Counted from the stretch's first letter, positions 9,085 to 17,857 are shown. The stretch: DNA of 32,000 nucleotides from an uncultured Candidatus Saccharimonas sp. (GCA_963528875.1 CAURWT010000003.1:118939-150938); one strand, 5' to 3'. Notes: generated by a model from the letters alone, not told the origin. Numbers and translations: made by a program.

Positions 9085-9531
9085 ATGGCTGTTAATGCGA
9101 AAACTTATTCACAAAAGCCAACTGAAGTTGAGCGAAAGTGGCTATTGATTGATGCCGCAGAATCAGCTACACTTGGTCGACTCAGTGCAAAAATTGCAAC
9201 TTTACTAACAGGTAAGAATAAACCAACATACACCCCACACACAGATGGTGGAGATTATGTAATCGTTATTAATGCCGAAAAAGTTAAAGTTACCGGTAAT
9301 AAAGAAGAAGCTAAGATGTATTACCGACACAGTGGTTTCCCTGGCGGTTTGAGTGAAGCTTCACTAAAAGAATTGCGCGAAAAGAACGCTGCAATGATTA
9401 TTGAAAAAGCAGTTTATGGAATGCTTCCAAAAAACAAACTTCAAGCAGATCGAATGAAACGTTTGAAAGTTTATGTTGGTACTGAACATAATCACGCTGC
9501 ACAAAAACCAGAGAAAGTTGAGGTTAAATAA
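9085..9531 (+). CDS. rplM: 50S ribosomal protein L13
   Basis: WLLIDAAESATLGRLSAKIATLLTGKNKPTYTPHTDGGDYVIVINAEKV is canonical L13. Confidence 0.95.
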   Translation: MAVNAKTYSQKPTEVERKWLLIDAAESATLGRLSAKIATLLTGKNKPTYTPHTDGGDYVIVINAEKVKVTGNKEEAKMYYRHSGFPGGLSEASLKELREKNAAMIIEKAVYGMLPKNKLQADRMKRLKVYVGTEHNHAAQKPEKVEVK

Positions 9532-9536
9532 TAATT

Positions 9537-9935
9537 ATGGCTGAAGCTAAATATTTCTACGGTCTTGGCCGACGCAAGGCTGCAACAGCTCGCGCTCGAC
9601 TATATACTGGAAAAGGTAATTTAACTATTAATGGTAAAACTGCAATCGAATACCTTGATGGTAATAAGTCTATGCTTGCTGAGATTACAGATCCACTTGC
9701 CTTAGTTGGTAAACAAGCTGATTTTGATATTACTGTAAAGGTTAACGGTGGCGGTTTAGCTGGTCAAGTTGACGCAATTAAGCTTGCTATTTCGAAAGCT
9801 CTAACTATTGCTCATGCTGACTTGCGACCAGTTCTTAAAAAGGCTGAATTCCTAAAACGCGATCCTCGCGAGAAGGAACGCAAAAAATATGGTTTGCGCT
9901 CAGCTCGAAAACGAGAACAGTTCTCGAAACGTTAA
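9537..9935 (+). CDS. rpsI: 30S ribosomal protein S9
   Basis: GLGRRKAATARARL...GGGLAGQVDAIKLAISKAL...RDPREKERKKYGLRSARKREQFSKR is canonical S9. Confidence 0.95.
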   Translation: MAEAKYFYGLGRRKAATARARLYTGKGNLTINGKTAIEYLDGNKSMLAEITDPLALVGKQADFDITVKVNGGGLAGQVDAIKLAISKALTIAHADLRPVLKKAEFLKRDPREKERKKYGLRSARKREQFSKR

Positions 9936-9944
9936 TACTTCAAA

Positions 9945-9983
9945 AAACAATCGTTCGAATTATTCGAGCGGTTGTTTTTTTAT
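9945..9983 (+). terminator. rho-independent terminator after rpsI
   Basis: About 15-bp imperfect stem (AAACAATCGTTCGAA / TTCGAGCGGTTGTTT) followed by a T7 run. Confidence 0.65.
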
Positions 9984-10016
9984 TGTAAACTATCTTGATA
10001 ATATATTCTTAATACC

Positions 10017-10045
10017 TTGATTTTTAAATATAAAAGGTATAGAAT
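10017..10045 (+). promoter_or_regulatory. candidate promoter of the Type I R-M operon (TTGATT-N17-TAGAAT)
   Basis: TTGATT 10017-10022 and TAGAAT 10040-10045, upstream of SD AAGGAG and ATG 10101. Confidence 0.4.
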
Positions 10046-10100
10046 TAATAATGAACTTACAGAATGAACTGATTTAATATATATTAATGCAAGGAGATAA

Positions 10101-13100
10101 ATGCATAAAATACAATCAGAATTAGAATTTGAGCAAGAAGTTATTGAATATCTAACAAAAATCGGAAATGTTAAACAGTGGGAATACGTAAAAGACATAA
10201 AAGATACTCAAGGTTTGTGGGATAATTTTAAGCGAATTATCGAACAAAATAATACAGCAAGGCTGGAAGAGCCTCTTTCGAAAAGTGAGTTTGCTCAAAT
10301 TAAAGAACAAATTAGAAATCTTAAAACGCCATATCAAGCTGGTCAGTTTTTATATGGTACAAATGGTGTGTCGGAGATTTCGATCAACCTCGATAAAGGC
10401 GGTTCAACAACATTATTGATATTTGATCAAGAACAAATTGGCGCTGGAAATACTGTATATCAAGTGGTGAATCAAATTAAAAGACCAGCTATTGTAGATG
10501 GAAAAAATAGTCGCCGTTTTGATGTTACGTTACTAATAAATGGTTTACCAATTATTCAGATTGAGCTAAAAAAGGCAACAAATACTGTAACTGATTCTTT
10601 AAACCAAATGGAGCAATATATTGCAGAAAACCAATACAGTGGTATTTTTTCGACACTACAAGTTTTGGTGGCAATGACGCCGAATGATATTAAATATATG
10701 GCGAACACTACGGCTGGAAACTTTAACCGAGATTTTGCTTTTTCTTGGCAAGACGAGGAGACTTCAAAGCCTGTTAACGACTGGAGGACTTTTGCAGATA
10801 AAGTTCTTTCAATCCCGATGGCACACAATATTGCAACGCAATACATGATTTTAGACGGGACGAAAGGTCGCGAATCAATTAAAGTTATGCGACCATACCA
10901 AGTGTATGCAACCAAGAGAATTATTGATAGGATACGAAGATCGAATTTTAATTTTCACGACGGTAAATTTGGTTATATTTGGCACACAACGGGTAGTGGC
11001 AAAACAATAACAAGTTTCAAAACTGCATGGCTGGCGAGTCGGTTGCCAAATGTTTCGAAAGTAATTTTTCTTGTTGACAGAATCGCATTAACAAGGCAAA
11101 CCGCAGATAAATACTCGGCTTACGACCCAACTTCAAACGATTCTAGGGTTGTTAGTGATACTAAAAATGTTACGGATCTTAAAAATAAACTTCTTAAACG
11201 CACGGATAAAAATATCATTGTAACGAGTATTCAAAAGATGGCTCGATACGTAAAAAGCCCAGATTTCAAGGAATTGGATGGAAATATTCTGTTTATTGTT
11301 GATGAGGCTCATCGCTCGACTGGAGATGGTGCAGACAATGAGGCGATGCTTGAAGTTATTCGAAATAAAATCCCAAATTCGGGCTGGATAGGTTATACTG
11401 GAACGCCAAAATTCCCACAGACTCAAAATACTTTTGGTAGACTTTTGCATGCATATACAATTAAAGAAGCTATCGCTGACCGCAATGTTCTAGGCTTTAA
11501 TGTTGCATTTAGGGAGACGATTAAAGTTTCAGAAGACCGAGAAGAATATGACAGTAAAACTAAAACCGCTATATATGATGAAAGTAATAATCATTTAGAA
11601 TTGGTGGTTGAGGATATTTTTAAATATTGGCAAGAGCGTTCGGCTGAAAGAAGATATAACGCCATTCTCACTGTTCATGTTGGTGGTGGCGGAGCGTCAA
11701 TACCGCGCGCAATGCAATATTTTGATAAGTTTGAAGAAATTAACAAAACTCTACCGCCAGAAGAACGCTTAAAAGTGGCTGTGAGCTTCTCAATGGACAC
11801 TTCAAACGGCGATAATCAGCTTCAAACCAACCAAAACCTTGCTCGTGCAATAAAATCATACAATAAGCTTTTTAACGAGAACTTTGATATGACAACAGTT
11901 AAGGAATACGCTGAAAGTGTTCAAGACCGGCTTTCGAAAAACAGCGAAGACGGCAAATATCTTGATCTTGTGATTGTGGTTGATCAACTTTTGACCGGCT
12001 TTGATGCGCCCGAGCTGAACACGCTATATGTCGATAGAACGCTTAAAGGCTCGTCGCTGATTCAAGCTTATTCACGCACGAATCGTGTTCATAACTTTAA
12101 CTATAAGCCTTTTGGAAACATTATCAATTATCGCTGGCCAGAATTAAATAAAGCGGAAATGGAAGAAGCGTTGAGTATCTATTCAAATCGCGACTCTGCG
12201 AATGTTAGCGGAATACAGCTTTCATTAACTGATAGCGGAGTTCTTTCGAAACCATTTAGTAGTGTGGTTCAAGAACTAAAAGATGTTATTACGGAGCTTC
12301 GAACGCAAACAGAAGATTTTAAATATCTTTCGCCGAGTGAGGCTGTTCAAGATGCAACTTTCGAAAACCTTAAAAAATATTCAAGATTAGTGAACGCAGC
12401 CAAGCAATACACTGCAGGTAATGTTGATGGTGAAGAAATAATCTCGGTTGACAAAGAGCCGGATCTTTTCTATAAAACAATTGGAATCGCCAAAGATGAA
12501 GAAGTTCGCCTAACAACGGTGATAGCAAATGATCTTAAAAGGCGCCGTTCAAAGGCTGAAGGTATTGATGTTTCACATATCGAGCTTGAAATGGCACACA
12601 TTCACAATGTGCGAGTGAACTATGACTATCTAACAGATTTGATCGCGAGAATGGCAAACGCCGTTCATGAAAAAAATATTGAAACCGCTGAGAAGCTTAA
12701 AGAAGAAATTCACCGCGAGCTTGAAAAAGCCGAGAACGAGCAAGATAGAATTAAATTCAGAGACTTCGTTCGAAAAATTATTAAAGGCGAGTATAAGTTT
12801 AATAAATACCCAGCACCAAATAATCGAGAAGAAGTTATCGAGGCTCTGAACGAATCGCAAGAGCAAACGGCAAATAGTAAAATTGATGATTTTATTGCAC
12901 GCTGGGGAATTGGCAAAAACACCACCAACCTTGAGCTAACTCAAATGGTCAACAAACATCGCGTTGGCAGCAGAGAGGATTTAAACAAACAAAACGAATT
13001 AAACAAGATTATGAATAGGAATCAAACGAATTATCAAACCAATCAGAATACAGAACTTGCCCAGCTGAAATGGATTGAGTGGCGAAACCGCTTTACTGAT

Positions 13101-13142
13101 GAAATTTATAACTTGGCAGACCAGATTGTGAGGGCTAAATAA
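10101..13142 (+). CDS. hsdR: Type I restriction enzyme, R (endonuclease/translocase) subunit
   Basis: 1013 aa. N-terminal nuclease region (RRFDVTLLINGLPIIQIELKK, PD-(D/E)xK-like); SF2 helicase motifs TGSGKT (I), DEAHRS (II) and a motif VI-like QAYSRTNR. Adjacent hsdS and hsdM. Confidence 0.92.
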   Translation: MHKIQSELEFEQEVIEYLTKIGNVKQWEYVKDIKDTQGLWDNFKRIIEQNNTARLEEPLSKSEFAQIKEQIRNLKTPYQAGQFLYGTNGVSEISINLDKGGSTTLLIFDQEQIGAGNTVYQVVNQIKRPAIVDGKNSRRFDVTLLINGLPIIQIELKKATNTVTDSLNQMEQYIAENQYSGIFSTLQVLVAMTPNDIKYMANTTAGNFNRDFAFSWQDEETSKPVNDWRTFADKVLSIPMAHNIATQYMILDGTKGRESIKVMRPYQVYATKRIIDRIRRSNFNFHDGKFGYIWHTTGSGKTITSFKTAWLASRLPNVSKVIFLVDRIALTRQTADKYSAYDPTSNDSRVVSDTKNVTDLKNKLLKRTDKNIIVTSIQKMARYVKSPDFKELDGNILFIVDEAHRSTGDGADNEAMLEVIRNKIPNSGWIGYTGTPKFPQTQNTFGRLLHAYTIKEAIADRNVLGFNVAFRETIKVSEDREEYDSKTKTAIYDESNNHLELVVEDIFKYWQERSAERRYNAILTVHVGGGGASIPRAMQYFDKFEEINKTLPPEERLKVAVSFSMDTSNGDNQLQTNQNLARAIKSYNKLFNENFDMTTVKEYAESVQDRLSKNSEDGKYLDLVIVVDQLLTGFDAPELNTLYVDRTLKGSSLIQAYSRTNRVHNFNYKPFGNIINYRWPELNKAEMEEALSIYSNRDSANVSGIQLSLTDSGVLSKPFSSVVQELKDVITELRTQTEDFKYLSPSEAVQDATFENLKKYSRLVNAAKQYTAGNVDGEEIISVDKEPDLFYKTIGIAKDEEVRLTTVIANDLKRRRSKAEGIDVSHIELEMAHIHNVRVNYDYLTDLIARMANAVHEKNIETAEKLKEEIHRELEKAENEQDRIKFRDFVRKIIKGEYKFNKYPAPNNREEVIEALNESQEQTANSKIDDFIARWGIGKNTTNLELTQMVNKHRVGSREDLNKQNELNKIMNRNQTNYQTNQNTELAQLKWIEWRNRFTDEIYNLADQIVRAK

Positions 13143-13163
13143 ATGGAAGCAGAGGTGAACAAG

Positions 13164-14303
13164 ATGACAAAACAACCAAGTTATCGCTTTGCGGGTTATA
13201 CTGAACCTTGGGCTGAGAAGAAGTTGGGGGAAGTTGCGGAAGTTAATCCTAAATCAGTAGTTCCTGATGAGTTTAAATATGTTGATTTAGGGGCAGTGGT
13301 AGGAACAGAGATGATTTCGTATAGAAATGAAACTATTCCTACATCGCCATCTAGAGCACAGCGATTGGCCATTAAAGGGGATATATTCTACCAAACAGTG
13401 AGACCTTATCAGAAAAATAACTATTTATTTGAAAAAGATGATAATGATTATGTGTTTTCTACGGGTTATGCACAATTAAGACCTAGTGGAGATGGATGTT
13501 TTTTATTGTCTTATTTGCAGACTAATAAATTTGTAAATGTTGTCTTAGATAATTGTACAGGAACAAGTTACCCAGCAATAAACTCAAAAGATTTATCTGA
13601 TATTTTCATTTCCCTCCCATCCCTCCCCGAGCAAACTGCCATTGGTTCTTTCTTCCAAGATATTGACCAGCTCATTAGCCTTCAACAGCGTAAGTTAGAG
13701 GTGTTCAAAGAGCAGAAGAAAACCTACCTCAAGCTCCTCTTCCCAGCCAAAGGACAAACCAAACCAGCCCTTCGCTTTGCAGGATTTGAAGATGACTGGA
13801 AGGAAGTGAAGTTGGGGGAAATTGTAGCTTCTGAAAGAAAAGGCAAAGCAAAATCTGAGATGATTGGTAATAAGTCTGTCTATTTAGACACTATCTATCT
13901 GAATGGTGGAGAGCAAACAAGAGTTGATTATGATTGTGATACATCAAAAGAGGATATTATCATATTATGGGATGGTTCACAGGCTGGTACTGTTTATTAT
14001 GGTTTTGAAGGAGCTTTAGGCTCAACTTTGAAATCATATAAAATATTTGGTAGTGGAAGTTTTTATTATCAGCAAATGAAGGCTAGTCAATCACTAATAT
14101 TTGAGAGATATAGAACACCCAATATACCTCATGTAATAAAAAGTTTCTTAGATGATTTTTATATTTTCACAACTTCTCTCCCTGAACAACAAGCCATCGG
14201 TTCTTTCTTCCAAGACCTAGACAAGGCCATTGCTAAGCAAGAGGAAAAAGTCAACCAGCTCAAAGAAAGCAAACAAACCCTACTCAGAAAAATGTTTATC
14301 TAA
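13164..14303 (+). CDS. hsdS: Type I R-M specificity subunit
   Basis: Two variable TRDs, each followed by a conserved helix (LPSLPEQTAIGSFFQDIDQLISLQQRKL... and SLPEQQAIGSFFQDLDKAIAKQEEKV...). ATG 13164 follows GAGGTG; ATG 13143, which directly abuts the hsdR stop (TAAATG), is an alternative start. Confidence 0.88.
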   Translation: MTKQPSYRFAGYTEPWAEKKLGEVAEVNPKSVVPDEFKYVDLGAVVGTEMISYRNETIPTSPSRAQRLAIKGDIFYQTVRPYQKNNYLFEKDDNDYVFSTGYAQLRPSGDGCFLLSYLQTNKFVNVVLDNCTGTSYPAINSKDLSDIFISLPSLPEQTAIGSFFQDIDQLISLQQRKLEVFKEQKKTYLKLLFPAKGQTKPALRFAGFEDDWKEVKLGEIVASERKGKAKSEMIGNKSVYLDTIYLNGGEQTRVDYDCDTSKEDIIILWDGSQAGTVYYGFEGALGSTLKSYKIFGSGSFYYQQMKASQSLIFERYRTPNIPHVIKSFLDDFYIFTTSLPEQQAIGSFFQDLDKAIAKQEEKVNQLKESKQTLLRKMFI

Positions 14304-14329
14304 ATAAAAAGAAAGGAGAGTGTAATATT

Positions 14330-15949
14330 ATGAATAAATCAAAAGAAATTTCAGCTCAGCTTTGGGATATGGCGAACAAATTGCGAGGCACAATGGACGC
14401 CAGCGAATATAAAAACTATATTTTGCCGTTCATGTTTTATAGATATCTTTCAGAAAAGCAAGACAATTATCTGAAAGAGAACGGCCTTGAAGATTTTTAT
14501 GCTGCAAGCGGTGAAGAGCTAAGAGAATATCTAAAAGATTTGAAAATAAATTTGAGTTATGCGGTTTTGCCAGAGTATTCTTGGGGTGAGTTGATTTCGA
14601 AAATTGCAGATTATAAAATTAAGGCGAGCGACTACCAAGATATGTTTGATGCTTTTCGCGAGAATGCTGCACAGAATAGCGGTGAGGCTGAATCTTTAGC
14701 GGATATCTTCTCGGATATGAATTTGGGCGATATGCGGCTTGGTTCTGATATTAACGAGCGTGCACGAGCTTTGAACGAAATCGTGCTGATGATTAATGAT
14801 TTTAATTTTAAAGATGAATCTGGCCGTGATATCTTGGGCGATGTTTATGAATATTTGATTGGTGAATTTGCGGCAAACGCAGGCAAAAAGGGTGGAGAGT
14901 TTTATACACCGCATGAAGTGAGCCAGATTTTAGCAAAAATCACAACACTTAATAAAAATAATAACGGCGAGCAATTTAGGGTTTATGACCCAACGATGGG
15001 TTCGGGGTCGCTACTTTTGACTGTTCAAAAAGAATTAACCTCGGAAAGAGATTCTGGAAAAGTGGAATTTCACGGGCAGGAATTGAACGCTACGACATAT
15101 AATTTGGCGCGAATGAACTTGATGATGCACGACGTGAATTATAGTAATATGAAATTGAAGCGAGGCGATACTCTGAGTGCTGTTGACTGGCCTTCAATTG
15201 AAGAAAACGGTGTGCAAAGCCCGCTGAGGTTTGATGCGGTGGTGGCCAATCCGCCATATTCGCAACAATGGGATATTGAAAATATTGATCGTAATAAAGA
15301 CGTTCGCTTTAAAAACTTTGGAATTGCACCAAAATCGAAAGCAGATTATGCCTTTGTTTTGCACGGATTGCACCATTTGGCGAATGACGGCACAATGGCG
15401 ATTGTTTTGCCACACGGAGTTTTATTCCGTGGTGCTGCCGAAGCTAAAATTCGCAAAAAATTAATTGATGAAAATTTGGTTGATGCTGTAATTGGCTTGC
15501 CAGCAAACCTTTTCTATGGCACGAGCATTCCAACATGTATTTTGGTGATAAAAGGCCGTGAAGCACGAAAAAACACAAAAGATATTTTGTTTATCGATAC
15601 TTCAAGTCATTTTGAAAAAGCTAAAAACAAGAATAAGTTGAGAAAAGAAGATATTTCGAAGATTTTAGAGGCCTATTCAAACCGGCAAGATATTGAAAAA
15701 TATGCGCACGTGGCAAGTATTGAAGAGATTCGCGACAATGATTATAATTTAAATATTCCACGATATGTTGATACTTTCGAAGAGGATGAAGTAAAACCGC
15801 TTACGGAAATCGCAGAAGAAATGAAAGAAATTGACAGGGGAATAAAAGAAGTTTCGGATGAAATTCTTGCATCAATGAAGAAGCTTGTTGGCACCACACT
15901 AGAAGCACAAAAAGAGCTAGAAGAGTTTATTAAAATTATTGAAAGCTAA
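14330..15949 (+). CDS. hsdM: Type I R-M N6-adenine DNA methyltransferase subunit
   Basis: HsdM N-terminal domain (LWDMANKLRG...YKNYILPFMFYRYLS), AdoMet motif I DPTMGSGSLL, catalytic NPPY (ANPPYSQQW); SD AAAGGAG upstream. Confidence 0.93.
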   Translation: MNKSKEISAQLWDMANKLRGTMDASEYKNYILPFMFYRYLSEKQDNYLKENGLEDFYAASGEELREYLKDLKINLSYAVLPEYSWGELISKIADYKIKASDYQDMFDAFRENAAQNSGEAESLADIFSDMNLGDMRLGSDINERARALNEIVLMINDFNFKDESGRDILGDVYEYLIGEFAANAGKKGGEFYTPHEVSQILAKITTLNKNNNGEQFRVYDPTMGSGSLLLTVQKELTSERDSGKVEFHGQELNATTYNLARMNLMMHDVNYSNMKLKRGDTLSAVDWPSIEENGVQSPLRFDAVVANPPYSQQWDIENIDRNKDVRFKNFGIAPKSKADYAFVLHGLHHLANDGTMAIVLPHGVLFRGAAEAKIRKKLIDENLVDAVIGLPANLFYGTSIPTCILVIKGREARKNTKDILFIDTSSHFEKAKNKNKLRKEDISKILEAYSNRQDIEKYAHVASIEEIRDNDYNLNIPRYVDTFEEDEVKPLTEIAEEMKEIDRGIKEVSDEILASMKKLVGTTLEAQKELEEFIKIIES

Positions 15950-15963
15950 AAATCTGAAAATTA

Positions 15964-15998
15964 AAATTCGCACTCTGATTAAAAGGGCGCGAATTTTT
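15964..15998 (+). terminator. terminator after hsdM
   Basis: AAATTCGC / GCGAATTT 8-bp stem with a 17-nt loop; the T5 run formed by the 3' arm's TTT plus two further T's ends at 15998. Confidence 0.5.
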
Positions 15999-16065
15999 GC
16001 TATTTAGACAAAAAATATTATACTAATGTCAATACGATTAGCTAGCGATTGAATCGAGTCTTCTA

Positions 16066-16094
16066 TTGACAAAGTAAGGTTTTTAATATATAAT
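16066..16094 (+). promoter_or_regulatory. perfect consensus promoter (TTGACA-N17-TATAAT)
   Basis: TTGACA 16066-16071 and TATAAT 16089-16094, followed by SD GGAGGG and ATG 16137. Confidence 0.6.
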
Positions 16095-16136
16095 ATTTAG
16101 GTATATTTTATCTAAAAATAATTCTTATGGAGGGCT

Positions 16137-16319
16137 ATGAAAACAGTAACGATAATGAAATATCGAATTGGAGATAAATATTTTTTTAAAGTTTTAGATA
16201 AATTCGATATTAAAGATGAAGTTGAGCGTCTTGATGAGATGATTAGGATTTCGAACGATCTAAGTTTGGAAAATAAAGATTACGAACAACTTTGGATTAA
16301 AGAAACGGTCCTATTTTAA
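16137..16319 (+). CDS. hypothetical 60-aa cytoplasmic protein
   Basis: Consensus promoter plus GGAGGG SD 3 nt upstream of the ATG. No family recognised. Confidence 0.45.
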   Translation: MKTVTIMKYRIGDKYFFKVLDKFDIKDEVERLDEMIRISNDLSLENKDYEQLWIKETVLF

Positions 16320-16378
16320 TTGTAGAATAAAAGTTTAAGAAAGACCGGGAAACTAACCGCCAAGATGCGCTAAACAAT

Positions 16379-16735
16379 GTGGATTCGCAAATTGAAAGTA
16401 GCCGAATTGACTTGAATAACCGCATTATGGATGCAAGGCAGAAACAAAAGACTGCCAATGGCCAAGGATTGCAGAGCGCGATAGACCAAACACGGGATCT
16501 ATCTAACCAAATTAGCAACAGCCAGAACAAGATTTTGGATTTGAGCAAAGAAACACCAAAAGCGCTTGAAAAGGTGGAATTTAAAGCACCAAAGCTTAGC
16601 GATTATAGCGAAAACGTGCAAGGTGTGAAGGTGGACAGCGGAAATCCAGACCAAGCAGGACTCCAAGACCAGCTTGATCCACGGCTTGCTGCACTACTTG
16701 ATCCAAATAAGAAGAAGAAAGATTTGCAGGCGTAG
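16379..16735 (+). CDS. hypothetical Q/N/D-rich protein, possibly a 5'-truncated gene remnant
   Basis: The frame is open from 16331 with no ATG (GTG at 16379 only) and no SD. Hydrophilic, coiled-coil-like sequence; a hairpin plus T-run follows at about 16735-16766. Confidence 0.3.
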   Translation: MDSQIESSRIDLNNRIMDARQKQKTANGQGLQSAIDQTRDLSNQISNSQNKILDLSKETPKALEKVEFKAPKLSDYSENVQGVKVDSGNPDQAGLQDQLDPRLAALLDPNKKKKDLQA

Positions 16736-16828
16736 AAAGGGAAGCTCGAAAGGGCTTTCTTTTATTGAGGCGTATTGAGTTTGACAAAACGAAAGAGATT
16801 ATGTTAAAATGAAAATAACAATAAGCAA

Positions 16829-16865
16829 TTTACAAAAGGTGGGAGGTTGGTGTATAATATACACC
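16829..16865 (+). promoter_or_regulatory. promoter (TTTACA-N18-TATAAT) with a 17-bp perfect palindrome over the -10 (candidate TA operator)
   Basis: TTTACA 16829-16834 and TATAAT 16853-16858. The palindrome GGTGTATA-A-TATACACC spans 16849-16865. A second upstream promoter-like TTGACA (16781)-N18-TAAAAT (16805) also exists. Confidence 0.5.
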
Positions 16866-16874
16866 AAAATAATT

Positions 16875-17345
16875 ATGGTACTATTCAATTTTAAACAAAG
16901 GGTGGACATTTTAGATATAGCTTCTTGGTTTTTATCAAAAGAATCTATGTCTCAAAAGAAATTGCAAAAACTTTGCTATTATGCTGAAGCTTGGAGTCAA
17001 GCGTTGCGAGATAAATCGATTGCAGAAAGAGCAGAATTTGAAGCATGGGTTCATGGCCCCGTGAATGTGGAGTTACGACGAAAATATGCTTCATTTGGAT
17101 GGGGAAATATTCCAAAGGAGACTCCAAATTATGAATTACTAAGCTCTGAAGATGGCCTAGTTCAATTACTAGAATCTGTCTGGGCTACTTATGGCGATCA
17201 AGATGGGGATTCTTTAGAGGTATTAACACATCAAGAAAAACCTTGGATTGAAGCACGAGGTGCTACTCCAGAGTTTAAGCCTTGTAGCAAAAAAATATCA
17301 ACAAAAACAATGAGGGAATTTTACAAGTCTATTCATGAGGAATAA
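16875..17345 (+). CDS. Panacea-domain (DUF4065, SocA/PanA-like) antitoxin
   Basis: KKLQKLCYYAEAWSQAL...FEAWVHGPVNVELRRKY...LEVLTHQEKPW matches the DUF4065/Panacea signature (KLQKLLYY..., W.HGPV, TH.E.PW). Start taken at Met23 of the ORF-track product because ATG 16809 lies upstream of the predicted promoter. Confidence 0.8.
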   Translation: MVLFNFKQRVDILDIASWFLSKESMSQKKLQKLCYYAEAWSQALRDKSIAERAEFEAWVHGPVNVELRRKYASFGWGNIPKETPNYELLSSEDGLVQLLESVWATYGDQDGDSLEVLTHQEKPWIEARGATPEFKPCSKKISTKTMREFYKSIHEE

Positions 17346-17736
17346 GAAGCGTAAGGCTAAAAAGCCTAAAGGGTTGACATCTAAAAATAGTCCGAAGAAA
17401 GAAGCACCGATACTAACCAGGCATAGTGAAGGGATTTTTAAGGTTGCTTTTATAGGTGAGGCTACTCAGAAGGATTATACATTTAAAGATTGCACACCTA
17501 AAGAATGGCACAATATAGGTAAATTTTTAGATAATTGGGTCGGCAAGCCAGTGAGGCAAGTTAACTCACTTAAAAAGAGAGAGGACGATGATGATGACGT
17601 ATGGACTACTAAATCTGGCGAAAAGGTTAAGATAAAACATTATGAATATTCTCAATCGGGCAGACTTCATGGATACAATATGGATGGGTATTTTATTGTA
17701 ACCCGAATAGACCCAAACCACGAATTTCATCAATAA
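17335..17736 (+). CDS. candidate toxin partner of the Panacea antitoxin (unknown family)
   Basis: Overlaps the antitoxin by 11 nt (ATG 17335, upstream stop 17343-17345). 133 aa with a Lys-rich N-terminal tail, a DDDDD acidic patch and C-terminal GRLHGYNMDGYFIVTRIDPNHEFH, loosely reminiscent of RelE/ParE-fold C-termini. Confidence 0.55.
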   Translation: MRNKKRKAKKPKGLTSKNSPKKEAPILTRHSEGIFKVAFIGEATQKDYTFKDCTPKEWHNIGKFLDNWVGKPVRQVNSLKKREDDDDDVWTTKSGEKVKIKHYEYSQSGRLHGYNMDGYFIVTRIDPNHEFHQ

Positions 17737-17815
17737 TGCTCTTTTAAGTCTTTGCACTCTTTGATAAATTTTGTATAATATTCATACTAAAGTTTTTTAA
17801 TGAATGTTTTCTGTA

Positions 17816-17848
17816 GAAGAAGCCCTGCTCGGGTTTCTTTTATTTTAT
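17816..17848 (+). terminator. terminator of the PanA-toxin operon
   Basis: GAAGAAGCCC / GGGTTTCTTT stem (two G-U pairs), 5-nt loop, followed by TATTTTAT. Confidence 0.55.
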
Positions 17849-17857
17849 AGATAATTC

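Noticed and set aside
13143-14303. Phase-variable (shufflon-type) hsdS system.
   Set aside because: There is no second or partial hsdS copy, no inverted repeat and no recombinase gene in the window. Only direct repeats within the single hsdS are present.
16809-16874. ATG 16809 as the start of the Panacea antitoxin (ORF-track 178-aa version).
   Set aside because: It lies within or upstream of the predicted promoter elements, and the 22 extra residues (MKITISNLQKVGGWCIIYTKII) cover the palindromic operator. Met at 16875 gives a normal-length DUF4065 protein.
17752-17848. Promoter-like TTGCAC-N16-TATAAT (17752-79) plus a 16-codon ORF (ATG 17800) ending in a terminator, considered as a possible tiny sRNA or leader-peptide unit.
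   Set aside because: The hairpin at 17816-48 is more simply the terminator of the PanA-toxin operon. The mini-ORF has no SD, and AT-rich DNA readily gives -10-like hexamers.
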